A stretch of 57,131 nt of DNA, filler included, from Sphacelaria rigidula (lineage: Eukaryota): assembly GCA_964200075.2 (NCBI GenBank). It is 7 parts of 7 records of this genome, joined end to end, with 100 filler letters (N's around TTAATTAATTAA, not from the genome) between each part and the next. Parts side by side here need not be neighbours in the genome. Positions count along the whole stretch, not along the records: positions 32,707 to 40,781 come from CAXNAA020012391.1; positions 40,882 to 48,956 come from CAXNAA020012392.1; positions 49,057 to 57,131 come from CAXNAA020012393.1; 4 more parts are not named here. The stretch is one strand, 5' to 3'. The notes under the pieces were generated by a model. That model searched no databases. It saw nothing but the letters and a program-made list of their open reading frames with translations, and was not told the DNA's origin. Position 1 is the stretch's first letter. Every line of letters begins with the position of its first letter. The translations under genes were made by a program, and so were the position numbers. Shown piece after piece: positions 36,937 through 49,249 of the stretch.

Positions 36937-39619
36937 GAGGGTGGATAAGGCACAGGTGCGATTCTACCGGGATCGGCGTAGCAGTTTCGTGCCAGCGCAC
37001 ACCCGCCCCCGTCTTCATGAATGTGCACCGGAAAAGCGGATCTCGTCGTCGACTGGCGAGGATCGATATCCCGTTGATATCGATTAGTCTTGCCCCTCGG
37101 CGATGCCGTCTCAGTGCCCTCGGTATCCCGAGTGTACCAGGACTGACGCTTATTCACACTCTGTGCGTTTATTCGTCGCCGTCCGTCATACGATTCGCCT
37201 CAGGTGCACCAACGGCGGCGAGGCGTTCTGCGAGGCTGTGACGGATTGCACTGCGGATGGATGAAGACTTTGTAAAAGATACGATCTAACTTTGAGCCGT
37301 TGAAGCACCGGTAGTGTTTGACGTCGTGCACGCGATAGCTGCACGCAGTACCTGCACGTGTGGTGGCGGCGACGACGGGTTGTAAAAGAGTGGTTTCCTT
37401 CCGAATGTTTTGCACTGGAACTGAGTTCAGTCGTTGGGATATTCATTCCGCCTGTGTATACTTTGTCGAAGGTGTTTTCGTTCAAACCTCGTCGGCAGCC
37501 GTGGAGAATGGAGTTATCGCGAGACGTATTGAGTGTTGATGACAGGTGTTTTTCCTGATGACACGGCACATTTTGCAAGTGAATGTGGCGCTTTTGAAGC
37601 CTTCTCCAGCACATTCGTCGCTCGCAATCATAAACTGGCGCTAGCATCGCGAGGCAATCCATTCGCAGACCGAAAAAATGTTCGAAGGATCTCACCCGCT
37701 TTTGAGTACTACTCCCGCATTTTTTTTTTCTACTTCGATTTTGTTTTTGTTGTAAAATTCTGACATGTGTGCGCTAAAGGTCCCCTGCATGGAGAGGTTG
37801 TTACGAGCTGGAATATCACGCCGCGACTGTTTCTCATGTCGGCGTTAATCAATGTACATGTTTTCGTTATCACATGACTGCAATATCCCCCTTACGTAGT
37901 TTGCCCGACTTCGCAGTCCCGGCGATGGGCACGGGCCACCCAAGGGGCTGCTGCGGCTACCGGGCACTCTTGCAGGCATGATCACTTGACGTTGGGTTCA
38001 CAACATCACCATTTCTTTTTCGGAGAAGGCCGCCAAAATTGATATTGTGAAATCCTGCTCCCGATGCCACTTCATTTGTGGCCGGAAAAATATGTTGTGG
38101 AAATGTGCGATTGTACGCCGCCGCCGTCGTTTTTACCCGAAAGTAGGATCAGGCGGGTGTTGACACGTCGGAATGGGTTGTCTCATGCGTGTACACCATG
38201 CCAGAGCAATTTCATGACCTCCGTATCATGTTTCCTTGGGCCGAACCCGCTTCTTGAAGAAGAGAGGCGCTGACGCGAAAAAAAGCAAACCTCAGCACCT
38301 TCGGGCTTTCTGCGCGTCAAGCTCGTGTTTTTGGCGAAACTTGCGGTCAGTAAGAAGGCATCAAATTGTAAAAATAATGACAGTTTGGTCGCTCTTTTTT
38401 TGTTCTCGACTTGGCCATTCCTTACTGAAAATGAAAGTCCGGGCGGAAATGATCCTGTCACGTACGGAAGACGGAAAGGCGCTCTCGAACGATATAATCG
38501 AACACAGGAAGTCATTTACACTCATGAATATCCGCCATAACCTCGTTCTCGGGCAAAAACATGACAGAGAAGGGCGAGAAAGCGACTTCCCGAGAAAATA
38601 TTTTTTGAAACATGAGAAGTGGCAAAAACATCTTTCTTGTGTTTGGGTAACATCAATGGAAAAAAGGGTAGGCGTTTGTCAACCCCCACTTTCGTGGCGG
38701 CATCTACTGCAGCATTCCCGCTGATCGTACACTACCGACACCGGCGCGCCAGTGGGCGTGTATGTGGTGCCTCAGTCTGCAATGTGCACTGCCGTCAACT
38801 CCATTTGAACCAGAAAGCATGGGAAGGCCAGGTGCCCAACAAAACTCGCTACGCGCACGCGGACCCTCCCGTTGTTGGCGTCCTTCCCGACGGCCGGTAG
38901 CGGAAGGGGCTGCGGATGGTACAAGAGTGCAGTAACTCACGGCGTTTTCAATATGCGGCGGAATCGCAACTCATGTATCTTTCGACGGTTCTGTACAGCA
39001 TTTTATTACTTTTGAAGCGTTTCTTTGCTTGTGCATTTCTCCACCGTGTCTGGATGAACCAGCATGAAACTTGGCACAGAGGTAGACCATAACACAGACA
39101 GCATATTCCCAGATCGGCGGCGCGTTTCACGGGGTGCGCTAGACGAACGAAGCGCATATGGATTTTGGGCGATCCCGTCGATTCGTTCTGAGAACGGAGT
39201 CCCCTCGGCCCAGACTGCGTGACACGTCAGTGAATGCATATCTTGACACGCCGGTGCGCTCACTTTCGCATCATGACCTACTGAGCGGCTTGTACGCCGT
39301 CAAAGAAATACCGATCTGCTTTAGGCACCTTGTGGATGATGACATTCTGCGCGGAACAAATCTTGGTATCGCCTGTAGAGGAGCCTATTTCAGGAGGCGC
39401 AGCCGTGCACACCCTGACAGCGCTTTTCCGCGCTGAAACTCCGACTGTATGCCATGTACACTACAGAGAACCACCTCACGTTGCTGGATTTGGGGCTGTG
39501 CAGTGCACCACCGCGTACTGCGGCGAAAAGAGGTCGGATTCTGTTCCGAAAAATGTTTAATTTGTTTTTGGCGGAAGACTGATATCCTATAGATTCTTTC
39601 TTGTACTACTGTCGTTGTT

Positions 39620-39745
39620 TGACTTCAACTCCTGTGTTGATCTTCCTGCCTTCCTCCTGCGTGACCTCGATTGATGCACCCACATATACCGAAATGTGTA
39701 GACTGGCGTTCAGAATAGATGGGATGGCAGCACACACAAGACACG
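39620..39745 (+). mobile_element. 3' fragment of the tRNA-derived SINE family
   Basis: CCTTCCTCCTGCGTGACC...CTGGCGTTCAGAATAGATGGGATG plus a CA-rich tail is homologous to the reverse complement of 52112-52240. Confidence 0.7.
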
Positions 39746-39820
39746 CACTAATGCCGCTGTGCTCTGACCGTTGTTGTGCAATCAAATGCATATGCTCATG
39801 TTTGTGGCAATACAACTCAC

Positions 39821-40090
39821 GTCGAACCAAGAAGAACGTGCAGCTTGGTGGTGGTGACTCCTCAGCCTCCTGAGCAGCCTCCACTGATGCTGGTATGCCA
39901 CTGCTGTCATTCTGCTCTCTAACGGAGACATCATCACCCGCTGCCCCTGATTCAAGTGCAGGTTGTCCATGCGATAATGGCTCTGCCGCTATCGTTGGCC
40001 CCGCTGCTCCCTGTGCCGTCGCTGCTGATCCTGCAGTACGGCTTGGTATTAAACTTCCTGTGGGATCCGCGGGAAGATCCCCCGAAAATG
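39821..40090 (-). CDS. Candidate isolated 270-nt exon of an unknown gene (Ala/Ser/Glu-rich)
   Basis: Minus-strand ACACAG| acceptor and |GTGAGT donor flank an open frame (FSGDLPADPTG...EAEESPPPSCTFFLVR). No homology was recognised. Confidence 0.3.
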
Positions 40091-40781
40091 CTGTGTAAGG
40101 GAGGACGGTCATCAGTAGTGTGTGCGCTTGCAGGCACCCACAGATCGCTGCTCCTCTCAGAATCTTCATGATCATGTGATGCTTTTGACAAAGATGCGGA
40201 GGGATTGCAGATTTCCGCTTTCAGCAACGACCACTGCCACAAACACGGATTTCGCAAAACTGCGTCGTCTCTAAAATAGTTCGAGCAGAAGAAAGAAGAG
40301 ACACAGGTAGCTGTTGCTGCGGAGCAAAGCTCCTATCCGATCACTCGGAAAGTATAGTACAGGCAGTACAGTACGTGGTAGGAGGACAGCACAACAGCCT
40401 ACAGCACTCTACAGACAGACAGCAGTAATGTGCCGCACCACGATTAGCCATTTTCCGTAGAACATGACGATACTTTGGTCGTATTAAGGGTTCTAGGAGG
40501 TACCATGCGGGCAGAGCCAGCGGAACGTTGTGCAACATATTGCCACGTAAGGTATCGAAGGCTTTCAAAACTGCTCTGATATACCGAAGCAGACATCAAA
40601 TTCTAACTGGCTAACACAGCAGTTTGAAAGATATATCGGTTTGCTCGTCTGCAACGAAGTTCGCAATTCTTCAACATTGGTTAGGTAGGATAGAGTGCGT
40701 CGGGGCGGGGGGGGGGGGGAGGGGGGGGGAAGGGGGTGCAGCATGGCGCTGCCTCAGGGGTTGGTGGGACGGGGGGGACGG

Positions 40782-40881
40782 NNNNNNNNNNNNNNNNNNN
40801 NNNNNNNNNNNNNNNNNNNNNNNNNTTAATTAATTAANNNNNNNNNNNNNNNNNNNNNNNNNNNNNNNNNNNNNNNNNNNN
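40782..40881. other. Artificial contig linker N44-TTAATTAATTAA-N44
   Basis: Identical to the other linkers. Confidence 0.98.
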
Positions 40882-41090
40882 CTTGAACCTCATCTCAGAG
40901 TTAAACCTCAATTCGCACAATTTGTTGTTGTTTGTTGAGAATACCCGGAGACACGCCTGTGGTAGCTTAAAAGGCCAACGTTGATGGCAGCGAGGCTCAC
41001 CTAGCAGGCGGTTTTGTTTTCGTCGCTCTTTCTACCCTTCCCCTTCTCCGAGACAAATCCGTGGTGTCAAGTGATCCACTACTCTCTTTC

Positions 41091-41446
41091 CGGTACACGC
41101 TTTGCATATTGGTGTCAGTGATGTCGGAAATTACTTTCGGCGCTTTCAGTGTGGTCGCAAAGACTGGCGCTGGTGGCGCTTAATCTAACCGAGAGAAACA
41201 ATGCGTTAGGAGTGTAGACAGAATATTATGGTGTTAAATGTGCCACTTGCGGGCAAGAAAGGCTGGAACGGTACACGCTTTGCATATTGGTGTCAATGAT
41301 GTTGGAAATTACTTTCGGCGCTTTCAGTGTGGTCGCAAAGACTGGCGCTGGTGGCGCTTAATCTAACCGAAAGAAACAATGCGTTAGGAGTGTAGACAGA
41401 ATATTATGGTGTTAAAGGTGCCACTTGCGGGCAAGAAAGGCTGGAA
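41091..41446. repeat. Tandem duplication, 178-bp unit, 2 copies
   Basis: CGGTACACGCTTTGCATATTGG...GAAAGGCTGGAA at 41091 and 41269, with only a few substitutions. Confidence 0.95.
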
Positions 41447-41836
41447 CAACCCACCCTGCTGCACAGGCTGAAGAAGAGTGGACGATGGAGACCACGGCCA
41501 CGTCAGACGTAAGTGTTGGTAAAAATAGTTATGCTGTGATCTACGATACGAATTCGCCCCATCACCGACCCCACGTGCGTGTTATCTAACGATGATATCA
41601 GCTGACCACATGAGCTCCAATGCCTCATATGCTCGCGCTCCCCCTCAGCCAACTCATTCACTGGGGTTTTGTTCCAAAGGGGAGTCTACCACCCAGCACA
41701 GCCATCTTTGCACAGTGTTCATGTAAAAAATACTATGTTAGACACAAAACGAAAACGAATTCCCCAAACACATGAATAAGCTCGACGAGGTAGAGGTTCC
41801 CGCGTTTGCTCGTGTGTTTCGTCTCTGTGATGCGTT

Positions 41837-42025
41837 AGAGAACCGCGTGCTTAGAGGACCGCGCCATAGTTCAGAACACCTCAGGATCGACTTCTTTCAA
41901 AACCAATCGGGCCAGTCCCTGCAGGTACCACGCCCCTGACCCTAACCCGAACACTAACCCTAACCCTAACCCTAACCATAGGGGTGTTCAAATTCCGATG
42001 CGGTCCTCTAAGCACGCGGTCCTCT
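41837..42025. mobile_element. MITE (~190 bp) with 26-bp TIRs and an internal (CCCTAA)n tract
   Basis: AGAGAACCGCGTGCTTAGAGGACCGC ... GCGGTCCTCTAAGCACGCGGTCCTCT; CCCTAA units at ~41935-41977. Confidence 0.8.
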
Positions 42026-42149
42026 CATGCCATACAGTCTCCATATCGGCGAGCTGGTCCTCGGTCTTGACGTAACGAACGCTAATTTCCCCCCCCATGA
42101 GCAGTGCCTATAGCCACACCCTTGACTCGACGGCGAAATACCGTATAGC

Positions 42150-44620
42150 CACATCCTTGACTCGCGATCTGTACGTCTAGTTGCCGGCAAACGTGGAGGG
42201 ATGAGGAGCTATCGGTGCAGACGGGGTCGTACCAGCGTTTCCAGCCGCTGATGTACTGAACGTTCCTGTCCCACCTAATGAGTGTACCGGGTTGCAGTCC
42301 GCCATGCCGTATCGCTCCAGCAAGGACTTGGTATGGCGCTGCTATTTGATAGTAACCGCTTTCTTTTCGTGGTCACGGGTAACACCCATCCCCAGCACTA
42401 ACGACACGTCTTTCACGTCAGACATCGAAAGTGTCCTATCAGTTTGACTCGATCCCCTTCAGCATTATTGGATATTTCCCGAGCAGTGAAACCCCATCCG
42501 CATATAAGGTCAAGATGTAGAAACTATCGCTCTCCGAGTAGATGTATACGAAGGGGTCCGACTTGAGGTTATTTCATCCAATCTCCGTCACATGTTTGTT
42601 AACCGTGTCCCGCCAGCAATCTGGGATTTGAGGCAGGCCGTAAAGGTGTTCATGGAGCCGCACTGCTATCAGAAATTTGATGGCGTCGAACGCATCCGAG
42701 CCCCATTATACGCTTCCCCCTTCACTGCGACGTTGTGGTGTAGCCCAGCTGCCAGCACTCCAGATTGGACTCTGACGCTATTGCCAACACCATGCGGACC
42801 CTCTAAACCACGCAGATCGGAACGAACGTACTGCCGAAGTCGACGATTCGACACTTCTAGGACATGTCTGTTTTTCGTAAGACTCATCGAAAGAGATAAC
42901 CTTTCCGGAACTGATAACTTTTTCGATGTGGACGGAGGTAGCCGGCAAAAGGGTGTACACGTTGTTAGCTATGAGGCTTGCCACTTCCTTGCCTGAGCCC
43001 GTCCTCCGGTCTTCCTCTGCTGGCAGGTTCATTGCCCCATTGGACTTTTCTCGGTATGTTTCCAGCGTTCGCATCCGCCGAGCCGTTTGGGACGCTGGCT
43101 GGTGTGTAGGCGTACTTCACGACGGATTCTGCTTCAATCGTCTGGTCGGGTGCACGACATCCGGTGGGATCGCAATCTGTCAAGTCCCACCCGCCGTAGC
43201 TCGGAAGGCCTGTTTTTGTCGGCGAGCGCTGCGAGATGAGCGGAAGTGAGACTGTTGTTGTCGTTGTGATCCCCGAGGGAGCGCGCTGCGATGCCTGCCC
43301 ATGTCACCGCTTGTATCACCGGTGCGATCATTGTCGAAAATGGTGAAGCGGTGTTTACTTGGCTGGTGTTGTCCTTATGGGGTCGCCAACTCTGTCCTGT
43401 GGGGTTGTCACGGTTTGCTCCTGCGGTTCTTTGCCCTCCGGGGTTCCCGCCAGTAGCGCCCATACACGGGGCGGGGTACCATTGTATGATATTGCGGGTA
43501 GTAGCGCTGATTCTCTTCAGAAGTTTGACCACCTAGGGATTGCTCGCGAATCCGCCGGCAGTGCCATGATCGGCACGAACACGGGCTGGTTGAGCTTGTA
43601 CAGAGATGTGGCTGCGAATATCGCGCAGGAAGTCGTCGTCAGGGGTGCAGGTGTGACCCACACTGTCGCCAGACTCCTCGTCGCTGGGTGGAAGCGAATG
43701 TATCAGAAGCTGTGACTTCCCCGGCGCAAGGTGTAAGGGCGTCTCTAGGACTATGACGTTCTTAGCCGTCATGATGCATCGGGCAGCCGGATTTAAACTG
43801 GGCAGCCCTCGCTGTCGTCGTTCTATCTGAATCGTCCTCCAACAGGCTTGGGAGCGAGGTTTGAGGTGTCCTCGATATTTACAAAGGCCCTCGCTCCGAA
43901 TACGCGGGGATGCCTTCGCTATGGTTCCGTCCTCTCATCATTGTGTGCGGACATCGCGGGTCGAGCGGGGAACGTGGTGCTCTGTTCGCAAGATACGCTG
44001 CCGGGACCATCAAGTTTCCTCAAAGAAAGCTTGACAGCCTGCTGTCAGCGATCATGCGCCGGGCCATGGCTGCGATCTTCCTCCCGACACATTCGGACAG
44101 GTCGACTGTACGAACGACTGGAATACAGGGATTGAACCACCCTTTTCAGGACGTAAACCTTCGTCCATCTCGTGTACTCGTCGCAGATCTCACCGGCATA
44201 CTTGAAACCCGCCAGCGCCTTTGGCGTGAATTCTCCCATCTTATCCGTCACGACCAGCTAAAACGTACGTTAACAACCGATCCTCAAAAATGAGGTTAGA
44301 TACAAAAGTGAGGTTCAAGCGGCAAGACTAAATTGAAGGTTTGGTGGAAAACAGTTACGCCAAGGGAAAACATTTCCCCACCAAATACTCTGGAGCAGTA
44401 AAGTAGGCGTGGCTAGGTGCACCGAACGGATGCGGTGTATACGCGTGTCGATGACAATACCACCAGAGGAGCAACGGCGGAGAGGAAGCTCCTTGCCCGT
44501 GCCCTTTTTGTTGCCTCGTTCCACAATTCCTAATCGCTGGAGAGATTGACATCATGTTACCAACACATACCCTTTCCACCATGTGCCGGCAGGCGGGAAA
44601 CTGCTGAACAGCCACCCAAA
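42150..44620 (-). mobile_element. Degenerate Ty1/Copia pol relic (integrase then RT)
   Basis: Integrase-like MGEFTPKALAGFKYAGEICDEYTRWTKVYVLK (~44140-44240) and RIMTAKNVIVLETP. RT-like LYGL.Q.P.CW, KSDPFVYIYSESDSFYILTLYADG (degenerate YVDD) and DVSLVLGMGVTRD. IN-before-RT order is copia-type. Many frameshifts. Confidence 0.85.
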
Positions 44621-44776
44621 GGACGTTGAGGTGCCGAGCGGTGTCGTCTCTGCTTATTGTCTGTAGCGCTGACCAATGCTAAGATCGATTCCTCTCTGCC
44701 TCTCTCTTACACACTCTGGAAAATGGACACAACAATAGTCCATTGCTTCAGTAATAGACGGAAAACCTGTCGATAT

Positions 44777-45917
44777 ATATTGTCGAACACGATAGATGGT
44801 GAAACACATATATTTATATGTATTGCAAGGGACAATAGATGTTGCAATAGTCGATCGATAGCCTATGCCAATAACAATAGATGAAGATCACTCGCCACCG
44901 ATGGAAATTGTATACCGCAACAGATTCTGGGATGTATATATCGATAACCGTTGCCGTTATGAATAGGTTTGGTGAGCCATCCATCGACAGTCACTGCCGT
45001 TATGAATAGGTTTGGTGAGCCATCCATCGACAGTCACTGCCGTTATCCGTAGATTCAGTGAGCCATCATTCATCGGTAGTCGTTGCCGTCATCAATAGAT
45101 TAGGTGAGCCATGCATCAAAACATATTACATTGAGCCGTCTATCAATAACCTCTGCAGCCAAGAGAGAATTTTGGGTTATCTCCCAAAAATCATTGACGT
45201 CGACAATTGATATTCTAGGGAGCATCTATCGATAGCCGATGACGTCAACGATAGGTTTTGATAACTATATGGCTCACTGCAGTGGTCTTGTGGCATCAAC
45301 GGCAGTAGTATCGCTCACACATGAACACGCAACTACCTGAGGCGGTAGTTCACGATAGCTTCTGTGGAATAGGGTAAAATCATCTACCGACAACGTGCAT
45401 ACGAAGTACATAGCTAGCGATCGACGCCATTCAGCTCCCGTTTTGACCAGCAATAGAAATTGGTGGCCGCGGTTCAGATTGCATTATGACCAGCGCTAGG
45501 CATTGGTGGCCACAATTCAGATTATATTGTCGCCAGCAGTAGAAATTGGTGGGTGTCATTTAGATCCTATTGTGACCAACAATATGTATTGGTGGCCGCG
45601 TTTCAGATCCTACCGCGATTAGCGATAGACATTGGTGGCCACAATTTAGAGCCTATTGCAAGAATAACATGTATTGATAGAGAACGTGGCCACTCCATTG
45701 CCACGGCAATGATACATTATATCCCTTATCCCGAACCTATTGTCGCCTACAATAGCTATCGATAGGCAGTGATGCCAGTCGATTATGACTGACAATAAAC
45801 ATTGACAGTAAAGTTTTCGAGGCTATTGCAGCCGCAATGTTCTATTACATAGTCCATTTGTTGCAATGTAGGTGTGGCAATAGACGACCGAGAATATCTA
45901 TCGGTAGGCATTGTATA
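44777..45917. mobile_element. Non-autonomous element built of 43-bp subrepeats, with weak TIRs
   Basis: Arrays at 44952-45118 and 45445-45690 both have a 43-bp period and an ATAG..TTGGTG(A)GCC core. The ends ATATATTGTCGA..CGATAGAT and ATCTATCGGTAGGCATTGTAT are roughly inverted. Confidence 0.5.
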
Positions 45918-45963
45918 CGAGAATGGATTCTGGTATGTATATATCGATATTCACGGGGATGTG

Positions 45964-46264
45964 TACGGAGGACAATCCGCTCCGCGATGCGGATTTTTTT
46001 TCGAAACCTCACGGAGCCGAGCGGAGCGGATATCCGTATGTGTGGAAAATCACGGATTATGACGGTGCGGATATCCGCCACTAAAAATGTCACGGTGCGG
46101 TGCGGATTTTTTTTATATGGTACGGAGCGGAGCGGATATCCGTCAGTGGGAAGACTCACGGATTTTCACAGGGCGGATATCCGCCAATGAAAATGTCACG
46201 GATTATTGCGGAGCGAATATCCGTGGCATCGATTTTTTCACGGAGCGGATTGCCCCCCTCCGTG
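45964..46264. mobile_element. MITE-like element with internal CGGATATCCG palindromes
   Basis: ACGGAGGACAATCCGCTCCG ... CGGAGCGGATTGCCCCCCTCCGT inverted ends; repeated GCGGATATCCG and CACGGATT motifs. Confidence 0.65.
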
Positions 46265-46732
46265 GAACAATCCGCACAAACCGCGGCAATTCCCCGCGGT
46301 GCAACGTCGCAGTAATCAGTGAAACCGATACGGTTATCCGCGAAAAATGGATGGATATCCGCGGATTAATACCAAAAGGTACGAAAGTAGTTGTTTTGCT
46401 TTGACCTCCAGCTGCTGGACAGGGGGGACGGCGGATCAAATAGCGCACATGTAAGGTCGAATCCCTTGAAGAAAAAAAATGGTAATCGAGAATAATAAAC
46501 AGTACATATTTGAATTTTGAATGTCACCCTAGAGGACAAGGTGATGGGGGGTGGGGTAGCAGATGCGCAACAGCAGCAGCGCTAAACCCAGGACTACGGC
46601 TATCCACCATAACAAAAAGCATGGAATACATTCCTCAAGAATGACGCCTATAACAGCACAGTAGTTTCCAACTGAAAGGGGAGATCTTAACGCCAAGTTC
46701 TAATTACGCCTTCCAGCTCGAGGCGCACGCTC

Positions 46733-46767
<35 letters not shown>

Positions 46768-46838
46768 TGTAGGGTGGGTGGGTGGGTGCGCGCGCGCGCG
46801 TGTGTCCGTGCAAAGCACGGTTTGCATGTTCACAGCAG

Positions 46839-47600
46839 AATTTCAGAACCGTATCAGCAAAGTGCTTATTATCCAGAACAATATTTTTGAACTTCGAATT
46901 CCAACTTACCCGGCATTCGGAAAATTTATCCGCGGGATTTTGTGGTTTTTCAGCGGATTGGTCTGAGTGATGCTACGGAGAACGCACGGATGAAGTACGG
47001 AGTACAATTTCAGAACCACATAGGCGAATCGCTTATACAGAACGATCATGTTTAAACTTTGAAATGTAAGTTATCCGGCATTCAGGACAATCTCGTCCGT
47101 GGAAATCCGTGGCTTTTCAGCGGTTTGATCTGAGATATGCTACGGAGAACGCACGGATGATCAATGCTACGGTAGGGGTGCACTTTTTGCGCGAAATCTT
47201 GTCTGGTTCAGGGGCACCTAAAGATTCAAGACGCACAAGAAGATGGGTCCGGACATCCCCGTTTGTAAATTCAGTCGGGATATCCCCAGCACATTGGAAT
47301 AGTAATCCTGGCGTACTCTCATATATTTTCATAACTCATGTTTTGGATGAGATCGAGGGCTCCTAACGACTCTAACCTCAGAAAACATCTGTGCACCCCT
47401 ACCGTAGCATCACTCGGATCGAGTACGGAGTGCAGACTTTCAGAAGCATATCGGCGGATTGCTTATCCAGAACGATATTTTTATACTCCGACTTCTGAGT
47501 TATCCGGCATTCAGAACAAATTCATCCGTGGAAATCCGTGTCTTTTTAGCGGTTCGATCCGTGCGTTATGCCATGGAGGACGCACGGATGACCTACGGAG
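46839..47600. repeat. Diverged ~167-bp tandem repeat, 3 copies, interrupted by a MITE
   Basis: TTTCAGAA...TTATCCGGCATTC...CCGTGGAAATCCGTG...CGCACGGATGA units start at ~46839, ~47006 and ~47436. Confidence 0.85.
47164..47410. mobile_element. MITE (~247 bp) with perfect 20-bp TIRs
   Basis: ATGCTACGGTAGGGGTGCAC (47164-47183) and GTGCACCCCTACCGTAGCAT (47391-47410). Confidence 0.85.
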
Positions 47601-47762
47601 TGGATAAAACCGCAACGTAGAAAACCGTGTTTCACGGTTCCAACCGCGCCACTGTAACCTATACGGAGCGGGGCGGTCGCAACTTGGGGGGTGTTATTCA
47701 TCGTTGATTTTACCCGACATATGACCCTGTGCGTGCGCGACAAGAGCGTGCCACACGTCAGT

Positions 47763-47846
47763 TGGGGGGGCGTACTCATTTGTTGCTTGCCTTGGTCATT
47801 TGACCATTGACCACGCATCCCTTTCGAGACGGAGCATTTGGGGGTG
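47763..47846. mobile_element. Terminus of the GGGGG(C/T)GTACTC TIR-element family
   Basis: GGGGGGGCGTACTCATTTGTTGCTTGCCTTGGTCATTTGACCATTGACCACGCATCCCTTTCGAGACGGAGC. Confidence 0.75.
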
Positions 47847-48956
47847 CCTCTATACTGTAATCTTGAGCACCCATCCACCCACTGCATGTTTAGCGTTGGC
47901 TTTCGATAATTCCCAAGTGAGGAGGTCATTCATTACAAGCTGGGGCGAGATATGTTCCACGAGGAACAACAATGCTCTATGATCAACCACTTGTGGTTGC
48001 ATTTGAAACCCACGCCGTCAACCGCCGACCGCAAAGGTCTTGTGGCTTTCAAGCAACGCTGGCGGAAGTACGCCCGCAAACCCGGTCAAAGCTAGCGTTC
48101 GTTGCGCTACCGTCTGTACTGACTGTCGCGGGGTCTGTACAATCAATTCGTAAATACACCGAAATTCACAAGGGTTGTACAAATTCAACAGTTCCATATA
48201 TTCAATTCATTGTACACAATGTAAAGGACTCCCAATAGCTGTGGGAAAATGGCTGCTTTGGGTTCGGTCAAACTTCGTCGTCAGTTCCTCTCTCCATAAA
48301 ATATCCAAGTCTTTGATAGACTAACCCAACTACACCCTAAGCCTAACCCCAACCGTAACCCGCCGATGAAAGAAGATCGTAATTACTCGCGCACCGGACC
48401 CTTTCTGCGATAGTACCCCCCCCCCCCCAAACCAACCTGAAACTGTCACAAAGAAAAGGATCATACAGCGCCTGATGTTTGGTTATTCAGGCTGCATGAA
48501 TCGCCTTATATGGGCAACATTGGCAAGAACGAACCAAAGCGTGAGACTTGCCAGCTGCTCGTTGTGCTCGGCTTCTTTCATTTCGATTCACGTGTACACA
48601 CGTCGACAGATAGCACCCTGTAGGACGTGCTGCACAGGGTTCTTCACGGTCGTTGTGGGAAACCCTGTACGGCATTTGCAGACCCTAGTACCTTTAACAG
48701 CATTTTGTATAGCGTTTTTCTCGACACATTGTAAGCAACCCTGTGGAGAGGCACTCCCATGTTGAAACTTCCAAAATATTTTGTCACAAAATCTGTAGAA
48801 TAATATATTTAGAGAAGCTGTTCGAAATACATCCTTTTTTTTTTCGAACAGCTTCTTCTGCTGTCCAAATCCCATACACACTGAACAACAAATTGTGCGA
48901 ATGGAGGTTTAACTCCGAGATGAGGTTCAGGCCTAAAACAGTGCTTTCCCCACACT

Positions 48957-49056
48957 NNNNNNNNNNNNNNNNNNNNNNNNNNNNNNNNNNNNNNNNNNNN
49001 TTAATTAATTAANNNNNNNNNNNNNNNNNNNNNNNNNNNNNNNNNNNNNNNNNNNN
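48957..49056. other. Artificial contig linker N44-TTAATTAATTAA-N44
   Basis: Identical to the other linkers. Confidence 0.98.
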
Positions 49057-49249
49057 ATCATAATAATAATCATAATAATAAGTGGTAAGCCACGGCTAAC
49101 GCGCGTGGCAGCAGTGCCGCAGGTATCAACACCACGGGTCTCATACACGTGGAGGCTTTGAACAAAAATGGCTGAGAGCAAAAAGCGACCCTGATCTTAA
49201 CCAATATATTAGTATTAGCAGATGACGACTTTCAACCCCAAGATGAGGT

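Noticed and set aside
44952-45690. CRISPR array
   Set aside because: No invariant repeat with unique spacers, the variable parts are mutually homologous, no cas genes, and the context is eukaryotic.
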